Assembly: GCA_035764445.1 (NCBI GenBank)
Contig: DASTZF010000248.1
Location: 8,668 to 72,667, forward strand
From: Burkholderiaceae bacterium
GTDB lineage: Bacteria > Pseudomonadota > Gammaproteobacteria > Burkholderiales > Burkholderiaceae_C
Length of the DNA: 64,000 nt
Direction of reading: 5' to 3'
This document shows, in pieces, positions 9,908-19,817 of the stretch. The number at the start of each line of letters is the position of its first letter. The stretch's first letter is position 1. The notes under the pieces were generated by a model. The model did no database searches. It saw only the letters and a list, made by a program, of their open reading frames with translations, and was not told the DNA's origin. The position numbers and the translations under genes are program-made.

Positions 9908-10996
9908 TCACGGCACGCGCACCGGCACCCGCGGCGCCAGCGCGCACAGCAACTCGTAGCTCACGGTGCCGGCCGCGTGCGCCACCTCGTCGGCTGGCAG
10001 CACGCTGCCGCGCGGGCCGTGGCCCCACAGCGTGACCTCGCTGCCCGGCACCGCGTGCGGCACCGGCGCGAGGTCGACCGTGATCATGTCCATCGAAACG
10101 CGGCCGACGGTGCCGGTGCGCGCGCCGTCGACCAGCACCGGGGTGCCGCTGGCCGCGTGGCGCGGGTAGCCGTCGGCATAGCCGCAGGCGACCACACCGA
10201 TGCGCAACGGCCGATCGGCGACGAACGTGCTGCCGTAGCCGACCGCATCACCGCTGGTCAACTGCTGGACGGCGATCAGCTGCGAGCGCAACGTCATCGT
10301 CTGCTGCAGCTGCCAATGCGCTGCCGTGTGCTGCGGATGGTCGGGCGAGCCGCCGTAGACCATGATGCCCGGGCGCACCCAGTCGGCCGCGGTGGCCGCG
10401 GGATGGCGCAGCAAGGCCGCGCTGTTGGCCAGCGTGCGCTCCCCCGGCAGCCCGTCGATGGCGCGTTCGAACACCGTCAGTTGCGACTGCACTCCGGCGG
10501 CGCCATCGGCGTCGGCAAAGTGCGTCATCAGCGAGACCTCGTCGACTTGCGGCAGCGCGTTCAACCGCGCCCACGCGGCGCGATACGCCTGCGGCGTGAA
10601 GCCGAGCCGGTTCATGCCGCTGTTGAGCTTCAGGAACACGCGATGCGGTACTTCGGTCTTGTGCGCAGCCAGCCAGTCGATCTGCGCATCGCGGTGCACG
10701 GTGTGCCACAGGTTCAGCCGCGAGCACAGCTCGAGGTCGCGCGGCTCGAAGCAGCCCTCGAGCAACAGCACCGGGCCACGCCAGCCGAGCGCACGCACGC
10801 GCTCGGCCTCCGCCAGGTCCAGCAGCGCAAAGCCGTCGGCACCGCACAACGCTTCGAACGCGCGCTCGATGCCGTGACCGTAGGCGTTGGCCTTGACCAC
10901 CGCCCACACCCGCGCGCCGGCGGCCAGGTCGCGCGCGCGCGCCAGGTTGTGCGCCAACGCGTCGCGGTGGATCAGCGCTTCGATCGGGCGCGGCAT
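9908..10996 (-). CDS. alr: Alanine racemase
   Basis: [12 protein letters not shown] is the PLP-lysine motif. The product is 362 aa, and its C-terminal part reads GYADGYPR...[10 protein letters not shown]. Confidence 0.9.
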   Translation of the reverse strand: MPRPIEALIHRDALAHNLARARDLAAGARVWAVVKANAYGHGIERAFEALCGADGFALLDLAEAERVRALGWRGPVLLLEGCFEPRDLELCSRLNLWHTVHRDAQIDWLAAHKTEVPHRVFLKLNSGMNRLGFTPQAYRAAWARLNALPQVDEVSLMTHFADADGAAGVQSQLTVFERAIDGLPGERTLANSAALLRHPAATAADWVRPGIMVYGGSPDHPQHTAAHWQLQQTMTLRSQLIAVQQLTSGDAVGYGSTFVADRPLRIGVVACGYADGYPRHAASGTPVLVDGARTGTVGRVSMDMITVDLAPVPHAVPGSEVTLWGHGPRGSVLPADEVAHAAGTVSYELLCALAPRVPVRVP

Positions 10997-11157
10997 GCTG
11001 AAGGCCTCAAAACGCGGGGCAGGACTATCCCGCGGAAGATTCTGCCAGCGGCGCCGGCCGGCCGAGCGCGGTAACCGCGCGTGCTATAACCCGCCGCCCA
11101 CGGCCGCACGCCCGTTTGCCGTTTGTGCGCCGTTGGGGGGCGCCGCAACAGAAGCAC

Positions 11158-12435
11158 ATGAAACGAGGCTTCTACACGATCATGTCGGCGCAGTTCTTCA
11201 GCTCGCTGGCCGACAACGCCTTGCTGGTCGGCGCCATCGAGCTGCTGCGGACCACCCACGCGCCGCCGTGGCAGATCCCGGCTCTGACGCCGATGTTCGC
11301 GCTGTTCTACGTGCTGCTCGCGCCGCTGGTGGGCGCGTTCGCCGACGCCGTGCCCAAAGGGCAGGTGATGTTCATCTCCAACGCGATCAAGGTGGTGGGC
11401 TGCCTGCTGATGCTGTTCGGCAGCCATCCGCTGGTGGCTTATGCGGTCGTCGGGCTCGGCGCGGCTGCCTACTCGCCGGCCAAGTACGGCATCCTCACCG
11501 AGTTGCTGCCGCCGTCTCAGCTGGTCAAGGCCAACGGCTGGATCGAAGGGCTGACGATCGCGTCGATCATCCTCGGCGTGCTGCTGGGCGGCCAGCTGGT
11601 GGGCGGGCGCGTGGCGCCATGGCTGCTGTCGTTCGACTTCCCGTTCATCGACACCGGCGTCAACACGCCGCCGGAGGCGGCGATCTCGTCGATCGTCGTG
11701 CTGTACGTGATCGCCGCCGCGTTCAACCTCTACATCCCGCGCACCGACGCGCCGTTGCAGCCATTGACCACCAACGTGGTCAGCCTGGTGGGTGACTTCA
11801 GCCAGTGCAACGCACGCCTGTGGGCCGACAAGCTGGGCCAGATCTCGCTGGCCACCACCACGCTGTTCTGGGGCGTGTCGGGCAACCTGCGGGTGATCGT
11901 GTTCGCCTGGGCGGCGGCGGCGCTGGGCTACAGCACGACGCAGGCGTCGTCCCTGGTGGGGGTGGTGGCCATCGGCACCGCAGCCGGCGCGGTGGTGGCG
12001 TCTTGGCTGATGCGGCTCGACCGCGCCACCCGCGTCATCCCACTGGGCGTGGCGATGGGCGTGCTGGTGATCGGGCTCAACGTCATCCGCGAGCCGTGGG
12101 TGGCGGCGCCGTTCATGGTGCTGCTCGGCGCGATCGGCGGCTTCCTGGTGGTGCCGATGAACGCGTTGCTGCAGCACCGCGGCCACAACCTGATGGGCGC
12201 CGGCCGTTCGATCGCGGTGCAGAACTTCAACGAGCAGGCAGCGATCCTCGGGCTCGGCGCCTTCTACACCGGCATGACCAAGTTCGGCCTGTCGGCGTTC
12301 GTCTCGATCGCGGTCTTCGGCGTCGCGGTCACCGCCACCATGGCGCTGATCGGCCACTGGCACCGCACCAACGCCGTGCGCCACCGCGAAGAGGTCGAGC
12401 GGCTGCTGGCGATCGCGCGCTCCGACGGCCCCTGA
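11158..12435 (+). CDS. lplT: Lysophospholipid transporter LplT (MFS)
   Basis: GLGAAAYSPAKYGILTELLP..LVKANGWIEG and VVPMNALLQHRGH..GAG.SIAVQNF align by eye with E. coli LplT. The start is taken at ATG 11158 (MKRGFYTIMSAQFF). Confidence 0.9.
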   Translation: MKRGFYTIMSAQFFSSLADNALLVGAIELLRTTHAPPWQIPALTPMFALFYVLLAPLVGAFADAVPKGQVMFISNAIKVVGCLLMLFGSHPLVAYAVVGLGAAAYSPAKYGILTELLPPSQLVKANGWIEGLTIASIILGVLLGGQLVGGRVAPWLLSFDFPFIDTGVNTPPEAAISSIVVLYVIAAAFNLYIPRTDAPLQPLTTNVVSLVGDFSQCNARLWADKLGQISLATTTLFWGVSGNLRVIVFAWAAAALGYSTTQASSLVGVVAIGTAAGAVVASWLMRLDRATRVIPLGVAMGVLVIGLNVIREPWVAAPFMVLLGAIGGFLVVPMNALLQHRGHNLMGAGRSIAVQNFNEQAAILGLGAFYTGMTKFGLSAFVSIAVFGVAVTATMALIGHWHRTNAVRHREEVERLLAIARSDGP

Positions 12436-12444
12436 TCCGCCGCG

Positions 12445-13329
12445 ATGCGAGGACGCCCCGCCGCAGCGGTGCTGGCGCTGCTGTTCAACGCGTTCACCTG
12501 GGGGCTGTGCTGGTGGCCTTTTCGCCAGCTGCAGTCGCTCGGCGTGCACCCGCTGTGGTCCACCGCATTCACCTACGCGGTCGTGGTCGCGGCGCTTGCC
12601 GCCTGGCGGCCGTCGTCGCTGGCCGACCTGCTGCGTACGCGCAGCCTGTGGGTGCTGCTGCTCGCCTCGGGTTTCACCAACGCGGCATTCAACTGGGGCG
12701 TCACGATCGGCGACGTGGTTCGCGTCGTGCTGCTGTTCTACCTGATGCCGCTGTGGAGCGTGCTGCTCGCGCGCTGGCTGTTGCGCGAGCCGCTGCAGGC
12801 CGGCGTGCTGCTGCGTGCACTGCTGGCGGTGACCGGTGCGCTGGTGGTGCTGTGGCCCGAGGACGGCGGCTGGCCCTGGCCGCGCACCGCCGCCGACTGG
12901 CTCGGTCTGGCGGGAGGCTTGTCCTTCGCGCTGAATACCGTGATGCTGCGCCGCGAGGCGCGGCGACCTGCGGCGTCGCGTGCGATGGCGATGTTCACCG
13001 GCGGTGCGTTGGTCAGCACCGCGGTCGCGCTGACTGCTGGCGCTGCCATTGCGCAGCCGCCGTGGGCCAGCGTCGGTGGCTGGATCCCGTGGGTCCTGTT
13101 GCTGGCGCTTTGGTTCATGGGTGCCAACCTGTCGCTGCAGTTCGGCGCCGCGCGGCTGCGTGCCAGCACCACCGCGGTGGTGATGGTCAGCGAGGTGCTG
13201 TTCGCCAGTGTGTCGGCGGTCGCGCTCGGCGCGGCGACACTGCAACCGCACACGGTGGCCGGCGGTGTGCTGATCGCAGCGGCGGCGTTGCTCGCAGCGC
13301 GCCAGGAGGCGCAGCGCGACGAGCGCTGA
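12445..13329 (+). CDS. EamA/DMT-family transporter
   Basis: The 294-aa product has about 10 TM helices (LLFNAFTWGLCWWPF...; LFYLMPLWSVLLARWLLRE). Confidence 0.8.
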   Translation: MRGRPAAAVLALLFNAFTWGLCWWPFRQLQSLGVHPLWSTAFTYAVVVAALAAWRPSSLADLLRTRSLWVLLLASGFTNAAFNWGVTIGDVVRVVLLFYLMPLWSVLLARWLLREPLQAGVLLRALLAVTGALVVLWPEDGGWPWPRTAADWLGLAGGLSFALNTVMLRREARRPAASRAMAMFTGGALVSTAVALTAGAAIAQPPWASVGGWIPWVLLLALWFMGANLSLQFGAARLRASTTAVVMVSEVLFASVSAVALGAATLQPHTVAGGVLIAAAALLAARQEAQRDER

Positions 13330-13336
13330 GGTCGGG

Positions 13337-14224
13337 CTAGCGGCCGCGGCGCAGACCCACCACCGCGCGCAGCTCGGTGGGTTGCAGCGGCTTGCCGAGG
13401 TAGGCGTCGCAGCCCGCCAGGCTGCCGCGCACACGGTCGGTCTGCGTGGCATGCGCCGACACCATCGCCACCACCGGCGGACGGCTGGTGCGCCGCTTGA
13501 TGTGGCGGCACAGCGCCAGGCCATCGAGCTTGCTCTGTGGGCCGAGCTCGACGTCGAGGAACACGTAGTTGAAGTCGTGCTCCGCCAGCTGGGCGAGCGC
13601 GGCGTCGCTGTCGGTTACGCCGCGCGCGCGCAAGCCGAGTTCGCCGAGCTTCATCGTGAGGAACTTGAGCGCGATCTCGCTGTCGTCGACCAGCAGCGCG
13701 TCGCAGCGCAGGTCGGCCGGCTTGGCCACGGCGGCTGTCGGTTCGGCCTCGGTGCGATCGGGGAAGCGGGCGGCCAGCTCCGACCAATGCGAATCGGGCG
13801 TCGCCGGCGGCTTTGCCGCCGGTGGCCGTGGCGGCGTGCGCGCAGGGGTGGGCGGCGGCGCCGCGACGGCCGGCGTGCTCACCACGGCCGGTGCCAGCGT
13901 CGCCGGGCCTTGCATCTGCAGCACCGCGGCGTCGAGCTCGCGCAGCAGCGACAGCGCATCGATCGGCCGCCGCAGCCGCGCCAGCGCGCCGTTGGGCGCC
14001 GCCCCGACACCGACGAAGACGCAGTGCGCCAGGCGCCCGGCCTCGAGGGCGCGCTGCACCGCCGACCTGGCGTCGCCATCGACCACCAGGAAGCGCGCTT
14101 CGTCGATGGTGGCGACCAGCGCATAGCCCGGCGTGCGACCGGCCGCAAGGCGAAACTGCAGCGCCAGCGCGCGCCGCTCGAAGTCACTGAAACCGAGCAG
14201 GCACACACTGTGAGGCGACGACAT
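13337..14224 (-). CDS. Response regulator with a C-terminal receiver domain, an N-terminal degenerate receiver-like domain and a Pro/Ala-rich linker
   Basis: The C-terminal REC domain reads ALLVDDSEIALKF...VFLDVELG...VVAMVSAH...YLGKPL. No output domain was recognised. Confidence 0.8.
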   Translation of the reverse strand: MSSPHSVCLLGFSDFERRALALQFRLAAGRTPGYALVATIDEARFLVVDGDARSAVQRALEAGRLAHCVFVGVGAAPNGALARLRRPIDALSLLRELDAAVLQMQGPATLAPAVVSTPAVAAPPPTPARTPPRPPAAKPPATPDSHWSELAARFPDRTEAEPTAAVAKPADLRCDALLVDDSEIALKFLTMKLGELGLRARGVTDSDAALAQLAEHDFNYVFLDVELGPQSKLDGLALCRHIKRRTSRPPVVAMVSAHATQTDRVRGSLAGCDAYLGKPLQPTELRAVVGLRRGR

Positions 14225-14365
14225 GGGCGGGATGCGAGCGGGAGGCTGATGCAGCCGGCCGGCCGCAAAAGCCGATGGTCCGCCGCGACGCGGCGCCCGT
14301 CAACGAGTGCAGCGCCCGGGCTGCGGGATAACATCACGCCACCACGCGCTGCGAGCGGAGAAAGC

Positions 14366-14857
14366 ATGGAGTACACGGACGTCTGGGGCTTCGAGGCGCA
14401 GACCATCGACGGCAAACGGGTGAAGCTGGGCCGCTACAAGGGCAAGGTGCTGCTGATCGTCAACACCGCCAGCCAGTGCGGCTTCACGCCGCAGTTCGAC
14501 GGCTTGCAGGCGCTGTGGCAGGCCTATCAGGACCAGGGGCTGGTCGTGCTCGGGTTTCCGAGCAACCAGTTCGGCGCGCAGGACCCGGGCAGCGACGGCG
14601 AGATCGCGTCGTTCTGCCAGCTCAACTACGGCGTGTCGTTTCCGATGATGGCCAAGATCGACGTCAACGGCGCCGGGGCACATCCGCTGTACCGCTGGCT
14701 GACGCAAGAGGCACCGGGCCTGCTCGGCAGCCAGGCGATCAAGTGGAACTTCACCAAGTTCCTGGTCGGTCGCGATGGCAAGACGATCAAGCGCTACGCG
14801 CCGCAGGACGAGCCGGCCAAGCTGACCAAGGACATCGAGGCGGCGCTGGCGGCGTGA
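14366..14857 (+). CDS. Glutathione peroxidase (Cys type)
   Basis: The start is ATG 14366. The motifs are LLIVNTASQCGFTPQ, LGFPSNQFG.Q.PG and WNFTKFLV. The redox residue is Cys (TGC), not an in-frame TGA. Confidence 0.95.
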   Translation: MEYTDVWGFEAQTIDGKRVKLGRYKGKVLLIVNTASQCGFTPQFDGLQALWQAYQDQGLVVLGFPSNQFGAQDPGSDGEIASFCQLNYGVSFPMMAKIDVNGAGAHPLYRWLTQEAPGLLGSQAIKWNFTKFLVGRDGKTIKRYAPQDEPAKLTKDIEAALAA

Positions 14858-14921
14858 GCGCCGCACCCGAAGGGGCTCACGCCGGCGCGGCGCGAGCGCG
14901 CGCAGCGCGAAGGGTGCGCCG

Positions 14922-16034
14922 GTGACCGACGCGGCCGCGCTCGCGCGCCGGTTCACGCAATTCGCCGACCACGAGTGCCGCGACGATCCGCTGTACGTGG
15001 CGCTGTGCCGGCTGATCGCCGCACGACCCGCTGCGCTGGTGCTGCTGCAGCGAGCCCCCGTGACCCAGCGCGTGCCCAACGTGCTGCTGGCGGCCCTGCA
15101 CGATCGCGTGCTGGCCGGCACCGGACACGCCTTCGCGGCCTACTTTCCGAGCATCGGCGGCAATCGCGCGCCCGACGCGCCTCTGGCCGCGGCGTTCGAC
15201 GACTTCATGGCCGTGCAGGCCGGTGAACTTGCCGCGCTGGTCGAGTCGCGCCACACGCAGACCAACGAGATCGGTCGCTGTGCCGTGCTGTGGCCCGCGC
15301 TGTGCGCCCTGGCGGCGCGCGGCGGGCAACGACGGCTGGCGCTGCTCGACTTCGGCTGCAGCGCCGGCTTGAACCTGGCCGTCGATCGCTATCGCTACGA
15401 CTATGGCGCGTTCACGCTCGGTGCGTTGGCGGCACCCGACGTGCCGACGATCTCGTGCCACCCGGTCGGCGTGCGCACGCTTGGGTTGCGCGACTGCGAG
15501 TGCACGGCGCCGCAACTGGTGACGCGCACCGGCATCGACCCGGCACCGGTCGACGTGGCCGATGCGGCACAGGTGCGCTGGCTGCGCGCCTGCGTGTGGC
15601 CGTACGACCGCGAGCGCGCCATGCGCCTGCAGCTGGCGCTCGCGATCGCGCAGCGCGAGCGCTTCGGCCTGCGCTGCTGCTCCGACTGCACGGCGTCGAT
15701 CGCGCCGTGGCTCGACACGCTGCCCGGCGACGCACTGCCGGTCGTCCTCAACAGCTGGGTGCTGCACTATCTCGAGCCGGCAGCGCGCGCGGCGCACATC
15801 GCGGCCATGCGCGAACTGGTGCAGCGGCGCGGCGTGTACTGGCTGAGCGCCGAGGGTGTTCACATCCGGATCGGCGAGGCGCCGTCGGCGCCGCCGCTGG
15901 GCGACGCCATCGTCGACGACCGCGCGCTGGCCAACGGCTCTCAGTGGTGGCTGACGTCTCCGGGCGCCGGTGCGCCCGCGCTGACGCTGCTCGCACGCTC
16001 GCACCCGCACGGTCGCTGGCTGCAGTGGCAGTGA
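14922..16034 (+). CDS. DUF2332-like protein
   Basis: The 370-aa ORF starts at a GTG. The N-terminus FTQFADHECRDDPLYVALCRLIA..P..L.LL and the central LLDFGCSAGLNL (methyltransferase-like glycine motif) match my recollection of DUF2332 proteins. Confidence 0.65.
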   Translation: MTDAAALARRFTQFADHECRDDPLYVALCRLIAARPAALVLLQRAPVTQRVPNVLLAALHDRVLAGTGHAFAAYFPSIGGNRAPDAPLAAAFDDFMAVQAGELAALVESRHTQTNEIGRCAVLWPALCALAARGGQRRLALLDFGCSAGLNLAVDRYRYDYGAFTLGALAAPDVPTISCHPVGVRTLGLRDCECTAPQLVTRTGIDPAPVDVADAAQVRWLRACVWPYDRERAMRLQLALAIAQRERFGLRCCSDCTASIAPWLDTLPGDALPVVLNSWVLHYLEPAARAAHIAAMRELVQRRGVYWLSAEGVHIRIGEAPSAPPLGDAIVDDRALANGSQWWLTSPGAGAPALTLLARSHPHGRWLQWQ

Positions 16035-16090
16035 CGAGCGTCCGCGTGCGACGCCACCGATAATCACGCCGTCCACTGCAGGAGTTGGTT

Positions 16091-17287
16091 GTGTTCGAGC
16101 ATGTCGAGCCCTATGCGGGCGATCCGATCTTCGCGTTGGTCGATGCCTTCAACGCCGACCCCCGGCCGCACAAGGTCAACCTGTCGATCGGCATCTACTT
16201 CGACGACGAAGGCCGCATCCCCGTGCTCGACACCGTGCGCACCGCCGAGTCGCGGCTGCTCGCGCAGGGCGGCGCCAAGCCGTACCTGCCGATGGAAGGC
16301 GCGGCCGATGCGCGGCGCGCTGTGCAGGACCTGCTGTTCGGGCCGCAGCACGAGGCGCTCACGTCGGGTCGCGTGGCGACGATCCAGTCGGTCGGCTCCA
16401 GCGGCGGGTTGAAGGTCGGCGCCGACTTCCTGAAGCGCTGGTTCCCGGGCAGCGGCGTCTGGATCAGCGACCCCAGCTGGGACAACCACCGCTCGATGTT
16501 CGAGGGCAGCGGCTTCACGGTGAAGACCTACCCGTACTACGACACCGCCAGCGGCGGCGTGCGCTTCGACGAGATGCTGGCGGCGATCGAGCAGCTGCCG
16601 GCACGCAGCATCGTGCTGCTGCACGCCTGCTGCCACAACCCGACCGGGGTCGACCTCACGCATGCGCAGTGGGACCGCCTGATCCCAGTGCTGAAGCGTC
16701 GCGAGCTGAGCGCCTACCTCGACCTCGCGTACCAGGGCTACGGCGACGGCCTCGACGAAGACGCCTACGCGGTGCGCGCGCTGGCCAGCTCGGGCGCCGC
16801 GTTCGTGGTCGCCAATTCATTCTCCAAGAGCATGAGCGTGTACGGCGAGCGCTGCGGCGCGCTGTCGGTGGTGTGCCCGAGCGCGCGCGAGGCCGAGCTG
16901 GTGCTCGGGCAGCTCAAGCTCACGGTGCGGCGCATCTACTCGAGCCCGGCGATCCACGCCGCCGGCCTGATGGCGCTGGTGCTCGGCGACCCGCAGCTGC
17001 GCGCGCAATGGGAAGGCGAGGTCGCACAGATGCGCGACCGCATCCGCGCGATGCGCAAGGCGTTGCACGAGGTGCTGAACGCACGCGTGCCGGGGCGCGA
17101 CTTCGGCTACCTGCTGACGCAGCGCGGCATGTTCAGCTACACCGGCCTCTCCGCAGCGCAGGTAGACCGCCTGCGCGAGGAGCACGCGGTCTACCTGATC
17201 CGCTCCGGGCGTATGTGCGTCGCGGGCCTCAACCGCGGCAACGTCGAGCGCACCGCGCGGGCCTTCGCTGCCGTGCTGGCGGGCTGA
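16091..17287 (+). CDS. tyrB: Aromatic-amino-acid aminotransferase
   Basis: It aligns by eye with E. coli TyrB from the first residue ([13 protein letters not shown] vs MFQKVDAYAGDPI), and carries [14 protein letters not shown] (PLP Lys) and GRMCVAGLN. The start is GTG 16091, 6 nt after GGAG; the track ORF begins at TTG 16085. Confidence 0.92.
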   Translation: MFEHVEPYAGDPIFALVDAFNADPRPHKVNLSIGIYFDDEGRIPVLDTVRTAESRLLAQGGAKPYLPMEGAADARRAVQDLLFGPQHEALTSGRVATIQSVGSSGGLKVGADFLKRWFPGSGVWISDPSWDNHRSMFEGSGFTVKTYPYYDTASGGVRFDEMLAAIEQLPARSIVLLHACCHNPTGVDLTHAQWDRLIPVLKRRELSAYLDLAYQGYGDGLDEDAYAVRALASSGAAFVVANSFSKSMSVYGERCGALSVVCPSAREAELVLGQLKLTVRRIYSSPAIHAAGLMALVLGDPQLRAQWEGEVAQMRDRIRAMRKALHEVLNARVPGRDFGYLLTQRGMFSYTGLSAAQVDRLREEHAVYLIRSGRMCVAGLNRGNVERTARAFAAVLAG

Positions 17288-17293
17288 CGCCGC

Positions 17294-18256
17294 TCACGCA
17301 CGCTCGCGCTGCGTGCGCGCCGCGCCGTGCAGCACCTCGCGCAGCCAGCGGTGCGCGGGATCGTTGTCGCGCCGCAGGTGCCACACCATCTCGACGTGCA
17401 CGGCACCGGGGTCGAACGGCAGCTCGCGCGTCACCAGCGTGCCGCGGCGGCCGGTGGCCTCGAGGAACGACAGCGGCAGCACCGTCAGCAGGTCGGACTG
17501 CGTGACCACGCGTCCGGCGGTGAAGAACTGGTTCACCGTCAGCACGACGCGTCGGCGCCTGCCGAGAGCCGCCAGCGCGCGGTCGATCAACCCCTGCGCG
17601 CGACCCGAGAAGCTCACCTGCAGGTGTTGCGTGGCGCAGAACGCATCGAGCGTCAGCTTCTTGCGCGCCAGCGGATGATCGCGCCGCATCACGCAGACGT
17701 AGCGCGTGTCGTACAGCCTGGCGTGGCGCAGCGCGGTGTCGGGTTCCGACGTCAGCAGCGTGGCGATCAGATCGGGAAAGTGTCCCACCGCCAGGTCGGC
17801 GCTGCCCTGCTCGAGCAGCGCACTCGGGTGGCGGGTGATCAACGGCAACACGTGCAGGCTGGCCACTGCGCGCGCCGACTCGATCGCCCGCGCCAGCGGC
17901 GGTGCCAACAGCGCGGCCGTGGCGTCGGCCATCGCAACCCGAAAGCTCACCGCATCGGTGCGCGGGTCGAAGCTGCCGGGTGCCAACGCGTGCTGCAGTG
18001 ACGCCAGTGCGGTGCGCACTTGCGGCCACAGCGCCTGCGCGCGCGGCGTCGGCCGCATGCCGCTGGCGGTGCGCGTGAACAGCGTCTCGCCGAGCGCCTC
18101 GTGCAGCCGCTTCAGCGCATGGCTGGCTGCCGGTTGCGTCATCGCCAGCACCACGCTCGTGCGCGTCAGGCTGCCCTCGGCCATCAAGGCGTCGAAGACG
18201 CGCAGCAGGTTGAGGTCGAGCGTGCGGAAGTTGACGTGCGGCGCCCGTTTCGACAT
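17294..18256 (-). CDS. LysR-family transcriptional regulator
   Basis: The N-terminal HTH reads LDLNLLRVFDALMAEGSLTRTSVVLAMTQPAASHALKRLHE, followed by a LysR substrate-binding domain. Confidence 0.9.
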   Translation of the reverse strand: MSKRAPHVNFRTLDLNLLRVFDALMAEGSLTRTSVVLAMTQPAASHALKRLHEALGETLFTRTASGMRPTPRAQALWPQVRTALASLQHALAPGSFDPRTDAVSFRVAMADATAALLAPPLARAIESARAVASLHVLPLITRHPSALLEQGSADLAVGHFPDLIATLLTSEPDTALRHARLYDTRYVCVMRRDHPLARKKLTLDAFCATQHLQVSFSGRAQGLIDRALAALGRRRRVVLTVNQFFTAGRVVTQSDLLTVLPLSFLEATGRRGTLVTRELPFDPGAVHVEMVWHLRRDNDPAHRWLREVLHGAARTQRERA

Positions 18257-18363
18257 TCGTGCTGTTTATATCCTGAATGACCAATCTTCAGTAGTGTGAG
18301 TTAGGTATTAACCCCAATCTCCCCTCCAGGGCCGCAAGGGCGGCTGTCGAAGGGAGTTCTGCA

Positions 18364-18618
18364 ATGAGCACGATCACGGTCACCGGCATCGCCAAGGTCC
18401 AAGCGCCGCGCGGTGCGCTGTGGGCGGCCCGCGCCGCGGCGGCGCTGGGGCGTTGGCTGACCCGCAAGTCGCGCGAGCTGTCGCCCGCCGATGCGATGGC
18501 GCACGAGGCGGCGGCGGTGCGCGCGCTGGCGCGTCACCACATGGACATCGACCCCAGCTTTGCGGCCGATCTGTTCGCCGCGGCCGACCGGCACGAATCC
18601 ACGGTCAAGACGCGCTGA
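18364..18618 (+). CDS. Small hypothetical protein (84 aa), paralogue 1
   Basis: An SD-like GGGAG lies upstream of the ATG. The C-terminal motif MDIDPSFAADLFAAADRHE is shared with the next ORF. Confidence 0.6.
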   Translation: MSTITVTGIAKVQAPRGALWAARAAAALGRWLTRKSRELSPADAMAHEAAAVRALARHHMDIDPSFAADLFAAADRHESTVKTR

Positions 18619-18787
18619 CGCGGCTTCGGGGGCGACCCTGCGAACGCGGGGGATGGCCCCGCCCCGGCGTGACCGATTGACCAGCCGCGGGAAACGACGG
18701 GTGCGAGTGCGCAATCGTTCTCGTCGCCGGAGCAGCGTCCCGTCTAGTCTTGGGCCAGCGCTTCGATACCAGGGAGGAGGAAGCACC

Positions 18788-19030
18788 ATGAACACCGTGA
18801 CCCAGGCGTTCGACTCGCGCGCGATGCCATTGCTGTCGGAGCCGACCACCGCGCCGAGCGCGTTCTCGCTGTGGCGCTGGCTCGGCGATCGCCTCTCGGC
18901 CAAGCTGTCGGCGCAGCACGAGGCCAACCTGCTGCGCGATCACGCGAACGAGCTGATGGACCTCGACCCGCGCTTCGCCAACGACCTGCGTGCCGCCGCC
19001 GACCAGCACGAGCAGCGATTCGATCATTGA
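18788..19030 (+). CDS. Small hypothetical protein (80 aa), paralogue 2
   Basis: A strong SD (GGAGGAGG) lies 6-7 nt upstream of ATG 18788. The C-terminal motif is MDLDPRFANDLRAAADQHE. It lies inside the longer track ORF 18491..19030. Confidence 0.6.
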   Translation: MNTVTQAFDSRAMPLLSEPTTAPSAFSLWRWLGDRLSAKLSAQHEANLLRDHANELMDLDPRFANDLRAAADQHEQRFDH

Positions 19031-19049
19031 CGCGCGCATGCACCGCGTC

Positions 19050-19079
19050 GAGCCGCTCGATCGAGCGGCTCTTTTTCTT
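19050..19079 (+). terminator. Rho-independent terminator candidate
   Basis: A perfect 22-nt palindrome GAGCCGCTCGATCGAGCGGCTC is followed by TTTTTCTT, 20 nt after the stop of the second small ORF. Confidence 0.6.
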
Positions 19080-19094
19080 GGGGGCAGCGCGAAC

Positions 19095-19817
19095 CTACAC
19101 GCCGAGGTAGCGGTGCCAGACCCCGGGATCCGCGGCCAGCTGATGCGAGCTGCCGCTCCAGGCGACGCGGCCCTTCTCGAGGATGACGTGGCGGTCGGCC
19201 AGGCTCATCAGCCGCTGAAGGTACTTGTCGATCACCAGGATCGCCTGGCCCGCGTCGCGCAGCTGTGCCAGCGCGCGCCAGATCTCCTCGCGCACCAGCG
19301 GCGCCAGCCCTTCGGTGGCCTCGTCGAGGATCAGCAAGCGCGGATTGGTGACCAGCGCGCGGCCGATCGCCAGCATCTGCTGCTCGCCGCCAGACAGGTG
19401 CTGCGCCCACTGATCGCGCCGTTCGGCGAGCCGCGGAAACAGCTCGAGCACCCGCTGCGCGTGCCACGGTCTGGCGCCGCGCGCGTCGCTGCGCGTGAAG
19501 GCGCTCAGGTGTTCACCCACGCTCAGGTTGGCGAACACCTGGCGACCCTCGGGCACCAGCGCGACGCCGCGCCGCGCGATGCGGTGCGACGGCCACGCGA
19601 AGATCGACTCGCCGTCGAAGCGCAGCTCGCCCGCGGTCGGCGCCACGATGCCCATCACCGTGCGCACGAAGGTCGTCTTGCCCATGCCGTTGCGCCCGAG
19701 CAGCGCCACCACCTCGCCGCGGCGCACCTGCAGGTCCACGCCGTGCAGCACCTGCGCGCTGCCATAGGCCGCGCTCACACCGCGCGCGTCGAGCAGACAG
19801 TCGTCGGGCCCGCTCAT
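19095..19817 (-). CDS. livF: Branched-chain-amino-acid-type ABC transporter, ATP-binding protein (LivF-like)
   Basis: The start is ATG 19817, which overlaps the upstream stop (ATGA). The motifs are GRNGMGKTT (Walker A), LSGGEQQMLAIGRAL and LILDEATEGLAP. Confidence 0.9.
   Translation of the reverse strand: MSGPDDCLLDARGVSAAYGSAQVLHGVDLQVRRGEVVALLGRNGMGKTTFVRTVMGIVAPTAGELRFDGESIFAWPSHRIARRGVALVPEGRQVFANLSVGEHLSAFTRSDARGARPWHAQRVLELFPRLAERRDQWAQHLSGGEQQMLAIGRALVTNPRLLILDEATEGLAPLVREEIWRALAQLRDAGQAILVIDKYLQRLMSLADRHVILEKGRVAWSGSSHQLAADPGVWHRYLGV

Noticed and set aside
10972-13524. An 850-aa ORF on the minus strand, the longest in this region
   Set aside because: It is antisense to the well-supported lplT and EamA genes. 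Its translation is Arg/Ala/Gly/Pro/His-rich low-complexity sequence with no motifs, which is typical of a shadow ORF in about 70% GC DNA.
14366-14857. A possible selenocysteine (in-frame TGA) in the glutathione peroxidase
   Set aside because: The active-site codon is TGC (Cys) in the ASQCGFT motif, and the frame contains no internal TGA.
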